This document shows, in pieces, positions 41,241-53,077 of a DNA stretch of 64,000 nt. The notes beneath the pieces were generated by a model that did not search any database, was not told where the DNA came from, and saw only the letters and a program-made list of their open reading frames with translations. The DNA comes from Promethearchaeota archaeon. Lineage in GTDB: Archaea; Asgardarchaeota; Lokiarchaeia; Sigyniarchaeales; SOKP01. Made by a program: the position numbers and the translations under genes. The stretch covers positions 22,002-86,001 of the forward strand of contig JBHLNF010000012.1 in assembly GCA_048937405.1 (NCBI GenBank), given 5' to 3'. Within the stretch, counting starts at the first letter, position 1. The number at the start of each line of letters is the position of its first letter.

Positions 41241-44200
41241 TTATAAATCTAAAATACTATATTTATTTTTCTTTGGTTTAAATTCTCTTAACAACTTTCC
41301 TTTTTCCTTTAAAATATTCCTAATTTCTTCTGTTTCACGTCTAATTAATCTCACTCCTTCGCAAGATTTATTTCTACAATAATAATTTTCTCCTGGTTCA
41401 TCAAAAAACTCGAATTTTCCACAATTTAAACAGTTATATGCTGCAAATATTTGATCATATTCGCATTCAGGACATATTATACTAAATTTTGGTGAATAAA
41501 ACCACGATTTGCATGACTTACAGTATAAAATTAAAGGTCGACTTAATTCTTCCTTATTTTCAATTAAATCTATCTGTTTGATGACTTGAATTTTATCTGC
41601 ATCTTTTAGATGTTTATATTCTAAATTTGCATTTTGCAATTTCATAAACCAAAGTTTACCCTTCTTTTTAAAAAGAATGAACAGAAATCCCCCAATTGAT
41701 ATTATCAAAATAAAGCTTATAATATATATACCCCAATCTCGCCACCATTTCAAGTTATTGACATATACAGAAATGAAGGCTTCTGCTTTATTTCCCTCTT
41801 CATCATATGCTATTATCCTTAATTCATACTTACCATCATTAAATTGAAAGGTATTCCAATTAAAATCTAAAATATTTGTGGTACTATTGTAATTGAGCTT
41901 ATTCATGTCGACGCTTTTATTATTAAGAAAAATATAAATTCTTGACTCATCTAATTTTACATTATCAGTTATGTTTGCTTTAACATCTATTAACGATTTC
42001 AAAACTATATCTGGTTCGGGATTAAGTATTTGAATTTCAGGAGCTATAAAATCTGTTGATTTATCATAACCAATATAGATATTTGACAATAACCATCCAT
42101 ATCCTCCTCCAGCTATATTATCATTTGAATATAATGAAAACATTATCATTATGTCTTCATTTGAATATTGAGAAATATCAATTTTTTCACTTCCAATAAG
42201 ATTTTCATCTATATATAGATATTCCCTTAGAATTGTCCAAGTTTCACCAAAATCTTTTGATATTGAAACATAACATTTATCTAACTCATCATCAGGTATA
42301 TAATATTCATTTTGTAATGAAATTTCATAATCAAATTGAAGATAAATATTATATTCATCTTTTAAGCGTAAAGGGTTAGTTATTAATCGTGTATCCCAGT
42401 TTAATCCATATCCTTGATTGGAACTTCCATAACTTTGACCCCTCCCTCCATAAAGAAATGGCTCTCCAAATCGTGTTATTGGATGCCAAGTGTTATCACC
42501 ACCAAACCATAAGGTCATTTCTTTTTGCAAAGGGTTTCCTGTGACATAATAATCAAAAAGACTTGAGTTTGAAAAATAATATCCAATGAACTTACCATCC
42601 TTAAAAATGTCAAATTCGAGGGGATTAGGATTGATAAATTCAAAAAGCGAGTTATTTATATTATACCATTGAGTTTTAATTGTATATTTTCCATCTGAAA
42701 GATGAAATCTGAATGTTTTATTTGAAATCTCCTCTAAAACTAAAGATCTGCTAAAATAGATGCCTGTATCTCCAAAATCATTTGAACTAGAATTCCAATC
42801 ACCATAGAGATTATACATGGTATAATTAGTTCCATCCATTTCCATATAAACAAATTCAGGGTAATTATTATCTAAATCAAAAAACTCACAAGAAAATGAA
42901 TATTTTTCATATTTTGAACCTCGTACTGAAGAAATATCGTTATTTAGGTCAAATATAACTGATGGAGGGTTAATATTTGTATAATTTTCGAAAGCAAAAT
43001 AATCCAAAATAAATCCCTTATAGTTTATAGGATCAAAATTACCATCTATGTCTGTTTCAAATTTAAACTGTATAAAATATCCAATATATTGAGTTAGATT
43101 AATTTCTTCCATATTCCATTCTTGTTCGATATTAAAATATGTTCGCAGTGGTACCCAACCTGTCCAATTTAGATTAATTTGTAAATAAATGGCATCTCCA
43201 GCATTAATACTAACTCTAAAGCCAAATCTTATAAATGGTTGAGTAGTATTTTCATTTAGATCTGTTAAATTAAATAAAGGACTAGTTAAAGAACCATTTG
43301 GATACGGATCTTCTGATATATTGATGGGTTGATATGTATAATTTGTTGGATAGTCATGATCTATGCCAAAATATAATGATTTCCACGAATCTTGATAAAT
43401 TCTTGATCTATCATCATTGATATTTGTTTGCTGTAATAATCCCCATCCTGTTCCAGAATATGTCCAATTTCCGATTCCATTATTGAAATCATGATGATGA
43501 GGAAATTTTATACTGTCAGTTGGAAACTCGATTGTTATATTAAGATATCCTGTTTCTGGATACCTAGTTTTATTTCCATCACTAGCAATAAAGAAGTAGC
43601 TATATGTGCCAGAATTTGGAAATTGAAAATAATTACTCTGAAATATAGCTCCATTTGTGTAGTTATTATCTAATGGATATAATTGTGTTAATGTATAGTT
43701 TTTAGAGATTCCTAAAATTGAAACATAAACTTCTTGAGGAGGAACATTTGATGTATCATTATCAAAATATTCAATATAAAACCTATATCTATCAATACTA
43801 TAATTTTTTTTTGGTTCATAACCCATAAATTCTTGAAAACTCATGATTGTTGTGTTTTTTGAACCAGTTATATAATTAATTTCAGGAATTTTTAATTCTG
43901 GTTTAAAGATATTTTTAATTGTTGAAACATTTAAAGTAAAACTACTTTTTCCTTCAATTGCTTTTATTGTGATAATACAACTAGTCTGGTTATTTTTTGG
44001 AATAAAATAGAAATTGTCAAAATCTTGGAACCCTTCTCTGGAAGATCCTAATAAGATCGGTTCACCATATTGATTTGACTCATTAGAAAAGAGCAAAATA
44101 TCAAAATTAGCATTAGAATCCTTTATTGTTAAACTAAAATTATATTGGACATCCTCAATTAATTTAATTTGACGCGCAAATACATGTGTTCCGAGTGGAT

Positions 44201-46040
44201 CTTCTTGAGAACTAGTTAAATTACCAGTTATTGATTTACCGACACTCATATTTTTAGTTAAAGCATCAACAGCAGCAATAATATTCAATCTTCCATATCC
44301 TTCATGAATATCCTTTATACCGCTTGTTAGTGGGGCTACAGATAAAGAAGGTGAAAGTTCACTCTCATCAAAATTAGTAGAAGGATCATCCTCTCTATCA
44401 AGATTAGTCTCTGAAGCAGTCATCAATAGATAAGCTTTAATATATTTTACCCATTTTGATAAATTTAAATTACTCCATTGACTCCAGTTATTCCATTTTG
44501 CTTCTATTAATATGTTTATAGCAGCTGAAACTATTGCTGTAGCAATTGAGGTACCAAATGCTGCAGTAACTTTATCAACCTCTTTACCAGCACTTATAAT
44601 GGAACGATGACCTGGTAATTTACTCCCTCCAGGTGCAACAATATCTGGTTTGGTTATATTATCAATTTCTTTACCAATACTACTATAAGAGGTAACTTGG
44701 TCCTTATCATTTATAGCCCCTACTATAATTGCATTTTTATTTTGAGCTAATCTATTTAATGAATCCGAATTTTCTACACCTCTGTTTCCAGCAGCAATTA
44801 CCACTAATGTTCCATTTTCTATTACCTCATTTATTATTGTGTTTACTGCTGATATATCTTCTCCTAATGTTCCAACACTTAAACACACACTTACTATATG
44901 AAGTTTACTTTTATTAAATATTACACTCCCTAATGCAGAAATCAAATCAGAAGAATAACCTATCCCAGATTGATTTAAAATTTTATATGCCACAATTTTA
45001 GTTGCATTTGCAATACCTGTGAAATGATTCCTATTACTAATATTAATCTCGGGAAAGAAAGAAATTGTACTATTAAAAGAAAATAGGGGATTACTTTGGA
45101 AATCTCTTTTATATGTTAGACATATATCATAAATTCCTAAATCAACTTGAGAGACGGTATGATTAATGCTGTAATATTCAATTGGATTTTCGTTGTAAGT
45201 ATAATTAACTATTGTATTATTATGATATAGTTCAAACCATAGATTTAGTATTCCATCAGTTTTATTATTCCATGTAGAATTAACTACTATATTTGAATCA
45301 GCTTTTGAAATATTGAAAGAAGCCAGTTTCAAAGTGAAATTTTTCATGGCAGATCCTCCTCCGAATAACTCAGTATGAGAATAATTACCTTCAATTTTGA
45401 TTACTGATGGATTATTTGAATCGTATGATTCAACTCCGGTTCCAGAAATGACTGAACTAATTAGAGTTCCGTGACCATGGTCATCACATATCGATTGAGA
45501 ATCAACAAAATTTTCCCAGCTTAAAATATTTCCGTTTAAAAATTCATGAGTTGGGTCGACTCCTGTATCCAATACTGCAATAGAAGAATTTATATCTCCT
45601 TTTAATCCATTCAAATACCAAGTAGAATTAACTGCCCCAGATTGTATAGAAGCGTAATTCATTTGAGCTTCTAAAATCTCATCAGTTTCAATTATGGCAT
45701 CTAGAAATTGATTTTGAAAAGCAGTTTTATTTATTTCAAGGGGCATAATTCCACTAAATCCTGAAAAAGCGCTAAATGTGTTATTGTTCCATTCTTTATT
45801 GATAGTCCCTCCATAATATTCAAACCAATAGTTTACTGTATCATTATAAGAAGGTTTTTTGAAATAAACAATGATATTTTGTTTATAATCATTTGAGAGT
45901 TTAGGTTTAAATTCATTTAGTTCCTCGTTTCCTAATTCATCAGAATAAGTAATTAATTCCTCTCCTTTAAAAAAGATGTGAATTAAAGGAAAAGTCAGAA
46001 CCAATACAATAAGGAGGGAATATATTTTCTTTTTTCTCAA
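41241..46040 (-). CDS. Large membrane-anchored S8 subtilase with cytoplasmic Zn-ribbon tail
   Basis: VLDTGVD, HGHGT, AAGN, GTS; signal peptide; Ig-like domain; C-terminal TM followed by CKSC/CPEC/CLNC/CRNKSC. Confidence 0.88.
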   Translation of the reverse strand: MRKKKIYSLLIVLVLTFPLIHIFFKGEELITYSDELGNEELNEFKPKLSNDYKQNIIVYFKKPSYNDTVNYWFEYYGGTINKEWNNNTFSAFSGFSGIMPLEINKTAFQNQFLDAIIETDEILEAQMNYASIQSGAVNSTWYLNGLKGDINSSIAVLDTGVDPTHEFLNGNILSWENFVDSQSICDDHGHGTLISSVISGTGVESYDSNNPSVIKIEGNYSHTELFGGGSAMKNFTLKLASFNISKADSNIVVNSTWNNKTDGILNLWFELYHNNTIVNYTYNENPIEYYSINHTVSQVDLGIYDICLTYKRDFQSNPLFSFNSTISFFPEINISNRNHFTGIANATKIVAYKILNQSGIGYSSDLISALGSVIFNKSKLHIVSVCLSVGTLGEDISAVNTIINEVIENGTLVVIAAGNRGVENSDSLNRLAQNKNAIIVGAINDKDQVTSYSSIGKEIDNITKPDIVAPGGSKLPGHRSIISAGKEVDKVTAAFGTSIATAIVSAAINILIEAKWNNWSQWSNLNLSKWVKYIKAYLLMTASETNLDREDDPSTNFDESELSPSLSVAPLTSGIKDIHEGYGRLNIIAAVDALTKNMSVGKSITGNLTSSQEDPLGTHVFARQIKLIEDVQYNFSLTIKDSNANFDILLFSNESNQYGEPILLGSSREGFQDFDNFYFIPKNNQTSCIITIKAIEGKSSFTLNVSTIKNIFKPELKIPEINYITGSKNTTIMSFQEFMGYEPKKNYSIDRYRFYIEYFDNDTSNVPPQEVYVSILGISKNYTLTQLYPLDNNYTNGAIFQSNYFQFPNSGTYSYFFIASDGNKTRYPETGYLNITIEFPTDSIKFPHHHDFNNGIGNWTYSGTGWGLLQQTNINDDRSRIYQDSWKSLYFGIDHDYPTNYTYQPINISEDPYPNGSLTSPLFNLTDLNENTTQPFIRFGFRVSINAGDAIYLQINLNWTGWVPLRTYFNIEQEWNMEEINLTQYIGYFIQFKFETDIDGNFDPINYKGFILDYFAFENYTNINPPSVIFDLNNDISSVRGSKYEKYSFSCEFFDLDNNYPEFVYMEMDGTNYTMYNLYGDWNSSSNDFGDTGIYFSRSLVLEEISNKTFRFHLSDGKYTIKTQWYNINNSLFEFINPNPLEFDIFKDGKFIGYYFSNSSLFDYYVTGNPLQKEMTLWFGGDNTWHPITRFGEPFLYGGRGQSYGSSNQGYGLNWDTRLITNPLRLKDEYNIYLQFDYEISLQNEYYIPDDELDKCYVSISKDFGETWTILREYLYIDENLIGSEKIDISQYSNEDIMIMFSLYSNDNIAGGGYGWLLSNIYIGYDKSTDFIAPEIQILNPEPDIVLKSLIDVKANITDNVKLDESRIYIFLNNKSVDMNKLNYNSTTNILDFNWNTFQFNDGKYELRIIAYDEEGNKAEAFISVYVNNLKWWRDWGIYIISFILIISIGGFLFILFKKKGKLWFMKLQNANLEYKHLKDADKIQVIKQIDLIENKEELSRPLILYCKSCKSWFYSPKFSIICPECEYDQIFAAYNCLNCGKFEFFDEPGENYYCRNKSCEGVRLIRRETEEIRNILKEKGKLLREFKPKKNKYSILDL

Positions 46041-46052
46041 TTAGATTCGCCT

Positions 46053-49000
46053 TTATTCTTTATCTTTTCTCTCTTTTTCTGTTTGAATCTCTTTCCTATC
46101 TATATAATCCTTATTTTCATCCTTATTCCTGAGAATAGTTAATCTTTCTCTCAAATAATGTTCAACCTTAAAAATTGTCTCTCTTGAATCTAATTCGAAA
46201 ATTTCTCTTTCATATCGCTCAAATTCACCCATTTTCTTTTCAGATTTTCGAGTTTGTCTTATGTATACGATGATTATTACAATTACTATCAAATTTGGGA
46301 AACCTATATAAAAAAATTGCGTAATTTTTGGGGTAATAATTTTTATGTCAACACTATTAGAAAATTCTTCATTTTCAAGTAAATAGTAGAATTTAATCCT
46401 AGCAGGATTTAACGTTACAAAGGTTTGTCTTTTCGCTCTAATTGTGTAATTAAAATTAACTTTTTCATTAGGTTCTAATGAGTCAACTAAATTGACTAAT
46501 TTTCCCTCTAATAAAGAAAAATCCGACTGAGAATAACTTATTATATCATTTATTTTTATATCCTCTACAACTATATTTCCTGTATTTTCAACTTCTATAT
46601 TTACAGTAACCAGATCTCCTTTTTCAATTTGATCTCTATTCAGGGATTTTGTTATCGAAAAATTTATTTCACCTAAGATCTGAAAATTGGAACTTTCAAT
46701 TTGTACACTTTTACCTTCTGAACCTTCAATATAATTTATTGAAGGAAAAAAATATCCTTTCCATCCAGTTTTTTTCAAATTAATAGTAGATGAAATAGTT
46801 TCATTATATTCAATATTTTCAAAATATAATGAGTGATTATCAATTTTTCTTAAACCATTATACTGATCATTCATAATGATGCTAACATCTGGAATGATAA
46901 ATTTATTAGGACTTGTATTGTTTAAATTTACTGTCAAATTAAAAACATCACCAATACCAAGGGTATAATTAATAGTGTTAATATCGCTAATATTATAATT
47001 GATTTCAAGTGTTCTCACAAATGGGAAAAAATCTTCGTAATTAACTGCCGCAGATACATAAACCTCATTGGTTAAACTAATTATTTTAGAAGATTCATCT
47101 CCTTGAACATTTTTTGGATTATAATATATAATCGAAATATCCTTTATTGATATGGAGTTAGGTACATAAAATGTAAAATTCAAAGTTTTTTCTTCATAAG
47201 GAGCAAGGGTTTCTAAGTGGTATGATAAATTACTATTTTCAAGAGTGAAATGATTAGCATTATCAATAATCCCTGGTATTGATAAGGAAATGTTCAAATT
47301 TTTGGCAAAATCAGCCCCTATATTCTTAAAATTAATATAGTATGTATTTAATTCTCCAGGATTAGAATTATAATCCGTTAAATATGAATATGCTACTATT
47401 GATGCTGCATCAAAAGTATTTAGGGGAATAGAGTTAGAATGGCTCTCAAATTGAATATAACCCGTTGAAGAGCTATATACAACTCTCGAACCAGAATCAT
47501 CATTAAAATTAAGATCTCTTTTAGAAAATTCAATATCTAAATCATTAATAGATATATTAAAATCTTCTGAATCGATACAAATGATTCTAAAAAGAACTGT
47601 GTAATTATTAAAATCTAAGGGATAAAAAAGCCAATCTAAACTCTCGTTATTATTAACTATTGAGAAGGTCCATGTATTATTTATTACGGAATCCAAATAT
47701 TGACTCATATCTTTAAATTGTTCTGCTTCAAAATCATATATTTCAAAATTTAAAGATTCTAAATTATCAGGAGTAGTAATATTTATTATAATAGAAACCC
47801 TGTCCAATGAGTTTTCAACAAAATCAATATTAGTCTCATTTTTAAAAATGAATTCGAGCTCTATTTTTTGTTCTAAGAATTTTTCAACCGATCCAATTAC
47901 CCAGCTCTCATCATCCGTAGATAATGCCATTTCTGGAGATGTTCCATCCAATTCTACACCCGATATGATTACAGGAGTGGGGGGTATGAAATCAATAGAA
48001 AAGTTATTTGAATAAAATGGAGTAAAGGAATCTAGATTAGCGATAGAATAATTATCAATTTGGTATGATATTATCTCTCCAGGTTCAAGTTTCCAGTTAT
48101 CGTCATTCCAAATACTTTTTTCATTAGTAAAAAGATCTTTTATAATTTCAAGAGTAGGTATTGGAAAATAACCAGGATTTTGATTACTTACTCCTTGAAT
48201 AACCTTATCAGCATTTTCATTATAAGGCCATAGATTAGAGATATTAAAAAAGTCTGGATAGAATGAATCATAAACACCTGTACCAAATGAATCAAAATAG
48301 AAGATTCTAGGGTCTTCATCAAAATTAAAGAAATCTTCTAATGATTCATACTGATTTGGATATAATCGATTAATTTCATTCCACATGCTATTTTTAACAC
48401 TATCCAAATCAGCAGAACTTACTAAAAGAAGAAAATAATCAAGCTGTAGTGGAATATGGGTAGGAACACCCCATGCACTAATATCCCCTACATTCTTTGC
48501 TGTAATATTGTATGAGAAATTACGATATGCTCCATATGAAGCATTTTCCCCTAATAATTCTTTTTTAATTAATATATTAGGATCAGAATAAGAAACATTA
48601 TAAATAACAGAAAATTCCTTAAATGGATTTAATAGACCAGTTGGAATGGAAGAGAAACCCTGAAATCCAACTTGTTGTAGGAAATTAATGTAATCATATG
48701 GGTCATTTAAATTAACAGGTTTCACAAAAGATTGTTTAATTCCTCCATCATCTACCCAATATAAATCAAATGAATAGGCCTCAAGATCTTGAGCATCAAA
48801 ATCACTCCCAGTAAGATAAAATAATAAACCTATTTGTTCTATAAGATAATCATAGAACTCGAAATTAAGGGGAGTTGCATCAACTATCTCAGTACATAAA
48901 ATGTTTATTTTTATATTACTCATGAAAGCACCTGCTAAAGCAATAAAAATTTTCTCACTTGGAGCTAGAGGGTCTCCTTCATAACCTAATGATTGCCATA

Positions 49001-50009
49001 AATCGAATTTATACTGATTCTCTCCAACTTTTTGAATTCCTTTACTTAAACCTTCATATTGAACTGAAATAATTGTATAATGCGAATCGTTTTTAGGTGA
49101 AAATGTCCTAAGAATCTTAATGACTTGTTCTAGTTCACTATCAGACACAGTAATGTTTAAAAAATCTCCGTAAATTTCGATAATATTATCCATTTGTTCA
49201 AACATCTCCTCCATTTCCAAATTTTTTAAAAATGAAAGATCGATTGAGTTTAGATTAAAATTAATCTGATCTGTTGTAATATTGAAATCACCTTCAAAAG
49301 AATCTAAGGAATTTAGTAGAATGAAGGTGGAGGAGATATGATAATTCTCTAAATATTCTTTACTTAATAGACGATTCATGTCTAATGCCTTCCAATATCC
49401 ATCCATTGGAATATTACTTGTAAGGCCATTAAGGAAAACATCCCAATTTGGATAATATCCAACAAAAGGGAAAAAATTCTCTTCTGATGTATTTATCATT
49501 ATTAAATCAATCATAAATTTCCGTCGTATAATTTCAAGTGCTCTTTCTGCTTTTAATTTGGCATCGTCAACATCAACCTCTTTATCATAGTAAAGAAATC
49601 CTACAAAATTATTGAATCCTACTACGTATTGAGTAGGTATTTCACTTTCTGTTAGTATTGTTGGAAAAATATCAGGATTAATTCCATTTGTAGCACTTAT
49701 TATTACATTACATTTAGTGAAAGCAGGATCCGTCGAATCGAATTGCGAAAGAATATTTGTATCATTTGTAAAAAGTGATTGTTTTATTATAGATTTATTT
49801 CCCGCCACAAATGCATTAATACTCTCGGCATAAAGATCTGACCCAGCAATATCTGAGCTCTTTATAGAATTCCCCTCTGTTTTAACTATCTCCATTTCTT
49901 CCTCTGAATATGACACTTTGTTTAACTGATATAATCCTAAACTTAGGGGACTGAGAAAAACTATTGAAAATAAGACAAGAAATATAAATAAAGTATTATT
50001 TTTTATCAT
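46053..50009 (-). CDS. Large cell-surface protein with DUF11/CARDB/BatD-like beta-sandwich repeats
   Basis: Signal peptide; repeated I.akNvG / VENTGN...LEPNEK...YTIRA motifs; many N-x-S/T sequons; C-terminal TM and charged tail. Confidence 0.75.
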   Translation of the reverse strand: MIKNNTLFIFLVLFSIVFLSPLSLGLYQLNKVSYSEEEMEIVKTEGNSIKSSDIAGSDLYAESINAFVAGNKSIIKQSLFTNDTNILSQFDSTDPAFTKCNVIISATNGINPDIFPTILTESEIPTQYVVGFNNFVGFLYYDKEVDVDDAKLKAERALEIIRRKFMIDLIMINTSEENFFPFVGYYPNWDVFLNGLTSNIPMDGYWKALDMNRLLSKEYLENYHISSTFILLNSLDSFEGDFNITTDQINFNLNSIDLSFLKNLEMEEMFEQMDNIIEIYGDFLNITVSDSELEQVIKILRTFSPKNDSHYTIISVQYEGLSKGIQKVGENQYKFDLWQSLGYEGDPLAPSEKIFIALAGAFMSNIKINILCTEIVDATPLNFEFYDYLIEQIGLLFYLTGSDFDAQDLEAYSFDLYWVDDGGIKQSFVKPVNLNDPYDYINFLQQVGFQGFSSIPTGLLNPFKEFSVIYNVSYSDPNILIKKELLGENASYGAYRNFSYNITAKNVGDISAWGVPTHIPLQLDYFLLLVSSADLDSVKNSMWNEINRLYPNQYESLEDFFNFDEDPRIFYFDSFGTGVYDSFYPDFFNISNLWPYNENADKVIQGVSNQNPGYFPIPTLEIIKDLFTNEKSIWNDDNWKLEPGEIISYQIDNYSIANLDSFTPFYSNNFSIDFIPPTPVIISGVELDGTSPEMALSTDDESWVIGSVEKFLEQKIELEFIFKNETNIDFVENSLDRVSIIINITTPDNLESLNFEIYDFEAEQFKDMSQYLDSVINNTWTFSIVNNNESLDWLFYPLDFNNYTVLFRIICIDSEDFNISINDLDIEFSKRDLNFNDDSGSRVVYSSSTGYIQFESHSNSIPLNTFDAASIVAYSYLTDYNSNPGELNTYYINFKNIGADFAKNLNISLSIPGIIDNANHFTLENSNLSYHLETLAPYEEKTLNFTFYVPNSISIKDISIIYYNPKNVQGDESSKIISLTNEVYVSAAVNYEDFFPFVRTLEINYNISDINTINYTLGIGDVFNLTVNLNNTSPNKFIIPDVSIIMNDQYNGLRKIDNHSLYFENIEYNETISSTINLKKTGWKGYFFPSINYIEGSEGKSVQIESSNFQILGEINFSITKSLNRDQIEKGDLVTVNIEVENTGNIVVEDIKINDIISYSQSDFSLLEGKLVNLVDSLEPNEKVNFNYTIRAKRQTFVTLNPARIKFYYLLENEEFSNSVDIKIITPKITQFFYIGFPNLIVIVIIIVYIRQTRKSEKKMGEFERYEREIFELDSRETIFKVEHYLRERLTILRNKDENKDYIDRKEIQTEKERKDKE

Positions 50010-50021
50010 TCAATTATCCCC

Positions 50022-53000
50022 TTAAAGCGTTTCTCTATATATATCAACTATTTTTTTCTTCCTCACTTTTCTTAATAAAACTTTCATTCCAATAAAGATC
50101 ATAACGATTGAGAGTGAATATATAAGGATAATATTAAACCAAGGAACATATATTACAGTTGGCATTCCTATTAAAGTTCCTATCAGCTGACTTGTGACCA
50201 ACCAACTAGTAAGCCAACCAACCAATATTCCTATAGTCCCACTACTAATCATTATTATTAAGGATTCAAGAATAAATAGACGATTTATCTCTTTTCCTTT
50301 TAATCCTAAAGTTCGAATTATACCAATCTCTTTCTTTCTTTCAATAATCGTCGAATAAGATGACGATAATAATCCAAAAATACAAATAAACACTGTAGTA
50401 AGAGAAATAAGAGTAAAAAGAACATCTATTACGAAAAATGCTGATTGCTGTTGTGCTACCATTCTTGCTAAATTTTCTATTACAAAATTATAATCTGCTT
50501 CATATTTATCATCGATAATTTCCTCAATATCACGAGCTTCTGATAATTTATCTTCTCTTAGTTTAATAAAAATTCTATCCAAATAAGGAATTGGTGGAAT
50601 ATTCATAATTTCAATATATGTCTTCTGTGATATTAACACACCACCCATTGAAGCCCCCATCATAGATCCCGAAAATTCTTGCCTGAATCCTGGCATACTT
50701 TTAGCAGTACCAACTACTAGAAATGGAAATACTTCCATCTCATCTCCTCTATGAATAACAATACGAACCCTATCTCCAATTAGCAATGACATCGCTAAAG
50801 CTATTGCCTCAGAAATAATACACGTATATGATTTATTATTCTCAAAAAGTTCTTGAAAAGAAGTATCTATACTTCCAGATGTCATTTCTATAAATTCTCT
50901 TCTTATAGTAAATGGATATTCTTCATCAATTCCAATTAGAGTTATATCTTGTGTGGATAATCCTACATAATCACCAATTTCAGCAATAAATTCTTTATCT
51001 TCTTCAGCATAAATTTGAGTTAATTGATACGGTCTAACCAATACTGATGATACTTTCTCAATACCATCTATAGTCATCAAGTCGTCCTCAAACTCCGTAG
51101 TAACTATTTTTGTTATTTTTAGAGCATTATCATAGTTTTGCTTCATCTGTGGTTCTAATCTTTCAGTGATGGAGTTTCCTCCATTATCCATAAAACCAAA
51201 TCCCCCGCCCCCTACAAGTTCTCCTGTTTCCACTTCTTTCCATCCAGTTGTTTCTATAAGTAAATCTGATCCATACGCTAATTTAGTTGAAGCTGTTGAC
51301 TGTGACGATAATGTATTAATAAGAGCCGAAGTAAAAATAACAAATGAAAAAGATAAAGCAAATATTATAGTTGTACTGGAATTCCTCCTTTGATAACGAA
51401 AAACAAAAATTTTAATGGTGGAATGGAGTTTTCTTGCTAAAGGCCTAAATAATTCGATTACAAATCTTAAAATTACTGGTATTAGACCTAAACCTGCTAG
51501 AGTTAAGCCTATATTAAATATAAGTAAAATAGCAATTAGAGTTCCTGCAAATAACGTCATGTCGGACGAAACCATTATCCTCGGAATTACAGAAAATACA
51601 AAACCTCCATTAAAGGCTAGGATAATCCCAACAAGAATTAATTTATAATTAACTGTAGCCTTTTTTTGTAGATGATATAACGTATCTTCGTGCCGATAAG
51701 GATGAATAGATTCGATTAGTTGAAGCCGCATCACTTTTACTGCAGGTGAAATACTGACTATTAATCCTACACTAATACCCATAATATATGAAATGATAAT
51801 TGACCACCATGTAAAAGAAAAGGGAATATGTCTAAATCCTAAAGTACTTTGTCCAAGAACAAAGTTTGCAAAAGGTATTATAGCAAATCGAGAAATTACA
51901 AATGCAGTTATAATGCCTGAAATGGCTCCAATATTGCATAACAAGAATCCTTGCATTAATACTATAGCTAAATTAAACTTTTTATTCGAACCCAGTGTTC
52001 TAAATATTCCAAATTCTCTAATCCTCTCTTCCACAGAAGTTTTTAATATTCCATTAATAAGAACTCCTGAAATAAGCATAGCTACGATTGAGACAAATAC
52101 AAAAACAATAACTAAAAACACACTTAAAAATTCAGCCCATCCTAATATTCTTAACTTAGGCAGATCAATATTATATTCATTAATTCCTATTGCTATTTGA
52201 ATATCTGAAACGAGATTCTTTACGATATAACTAGTTCCTTCAAGATCTCTGATATCATATAAATCATTACCTTCTTTGAAAGTTAAGATTAAATCACTAC
52301 ACTTTCCAGAAAAATTATTAAAACCAAAATATTGATAAAGCGTATTAATATCAACAACAATTAAATTATCATTACGATATTCTGCTGGCCATTTTAAGTT
52401 AAAATCAAAGATTTGATCTATTATCATAGTTAGTGTACGATTATAGATCTTTCCCTCATGAGTTATGTTCAGTTTTATATCAATTGTATCACCTTCAGAA
52501 TATTTAATATTATAATTAAATCCATAATAAACAGCGCAATGATTCAAGGGGAGTTCGTTTAGATCAAGCAATTCATTGAAATATGGCTCCTTAAAATTTC
52601 CGAAATTAATTCTATTCTCCAAAGTAAAATTAATTGCAGAGATTGTACACCAAATTTCTTCTTTAGTTACATTTTTAGTGTGAAAACCTTCAGAAATATT
52701 GAGGTCTCCAAGTACTTCTAAACGTGGTATATAGTTTTCAACAATATTAGTGGTGTTTTGTATTGTTTGAATTAGAGGATCATAGTCAAAATAGGAGGAT
52801 CTATTTTCAGGTTCTTCATTATAATGTCTTATGGAGATAACAGCATCTTGATTTCCAGAATCTATAGATAAATAATCTACATAACCAGCAGAAATAGAAT
52901 CTGATAAAAATAATACTACTGTAAGAAGTCCTATGGAAATCAGCATTCCTATAATTGCTAAAAAAGATCTTAATCCTTGCTTCCGTAAATCTAAAAATGC

Positions 53001-53030
53001 GTATTTAAAAATCAGCTTAATATGTGTCAT
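50022..53030 (-). CDS. FtsX/MacB-like ABC permease (paralog of 38236-41205)
   Basis: SVEERIREFGIFRTLG and IERKKEIGIIRTLG. Confidence 0.9.
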   Translation of the reverse strand: MTHIKLIFKYAFLDLRKQGLRSFLAIIGMLISIGLLTVVLFLSDSISAGYVDYLSIDSGNQDAVISIRHYNEEPENRSSYFDYDPLIQTIQNTTNIVENYIPRLEVLGDLNISEGFHTKNVTKEEIWCTISAINFTLENRINFGNFKEPYFNELLDLNELPLNHCAVYYGFNYNIKYSEGDTIDIKLNITHEGKIYNRTLTMIIDQIFDFNLKWPAEYRNDNLIVVDINTLYQYFGFNNFSGKCSDLILTFKEGNDLYDIRDLEGTSYIVKNLVSDIQIAIGINEYNIDLPKLRILGWAEFLSVFLVIVFVFVSIVAMLISGVLINGILKTSVEERIREFGIFRTLGSNKKFNLAIVLMQGFLLCNIGAISGIITAFVISRFAIIPFANFVLGQSTLGFRHIPFSFTWWSIIISYIMGISVGLIVSISPAVKVMRLQLIESIHPYRHEDTLYHLQKKATVNYKLILVGIILAFNGGFVFSVIPRIMVSSDMTLFAGTLIAILLIFNIGLTLAGLGLIPVILRFVIELFRPLARKLHSTIKIFVFRYQRRNSSTTIIFALSFSFVIFTSALINTLSSQSTASTKLAYGSDLLIETTGWKEVETGELVGGGGFGFMDNGGNSITERLEPQMKQNYDNALKITKIVTTEFEDDLMTIDGIEKVSSVLVRPYQLTQIYAEEDKEFIAEIGDYVGLSTQDITLIGIDEEYPFTIRREFIEMTSGSIDTSFQELFENNKSYTCIISEAIALAMSLLIGDRVRIVIHRGDEMEVFPFLVVGTAKSMPGFRQEFSGSMMGASMGGVLISQKTYIEIMNIPPIPYLDRIFIKLREDKLSEARDIEEIIDDKYEADYNFVIENLARMVAQQQSAFFVIDVLFTLISLTTVFICIFGLLSSSYSTIIERKKEIGIIRTLGLKGKEINRLFILESLIIMISSGTIGILVGWLTSWLVTSQLIGTLIGMPTVIYVPWFNIILIYSLSIVMIFIGMKVLLRKVRKKKIVDIYRETL

Positions 53031-53077
53031 GCGGTTTAAAATATTTTGGATTCTAATTTGACAACAATTATAAATTT

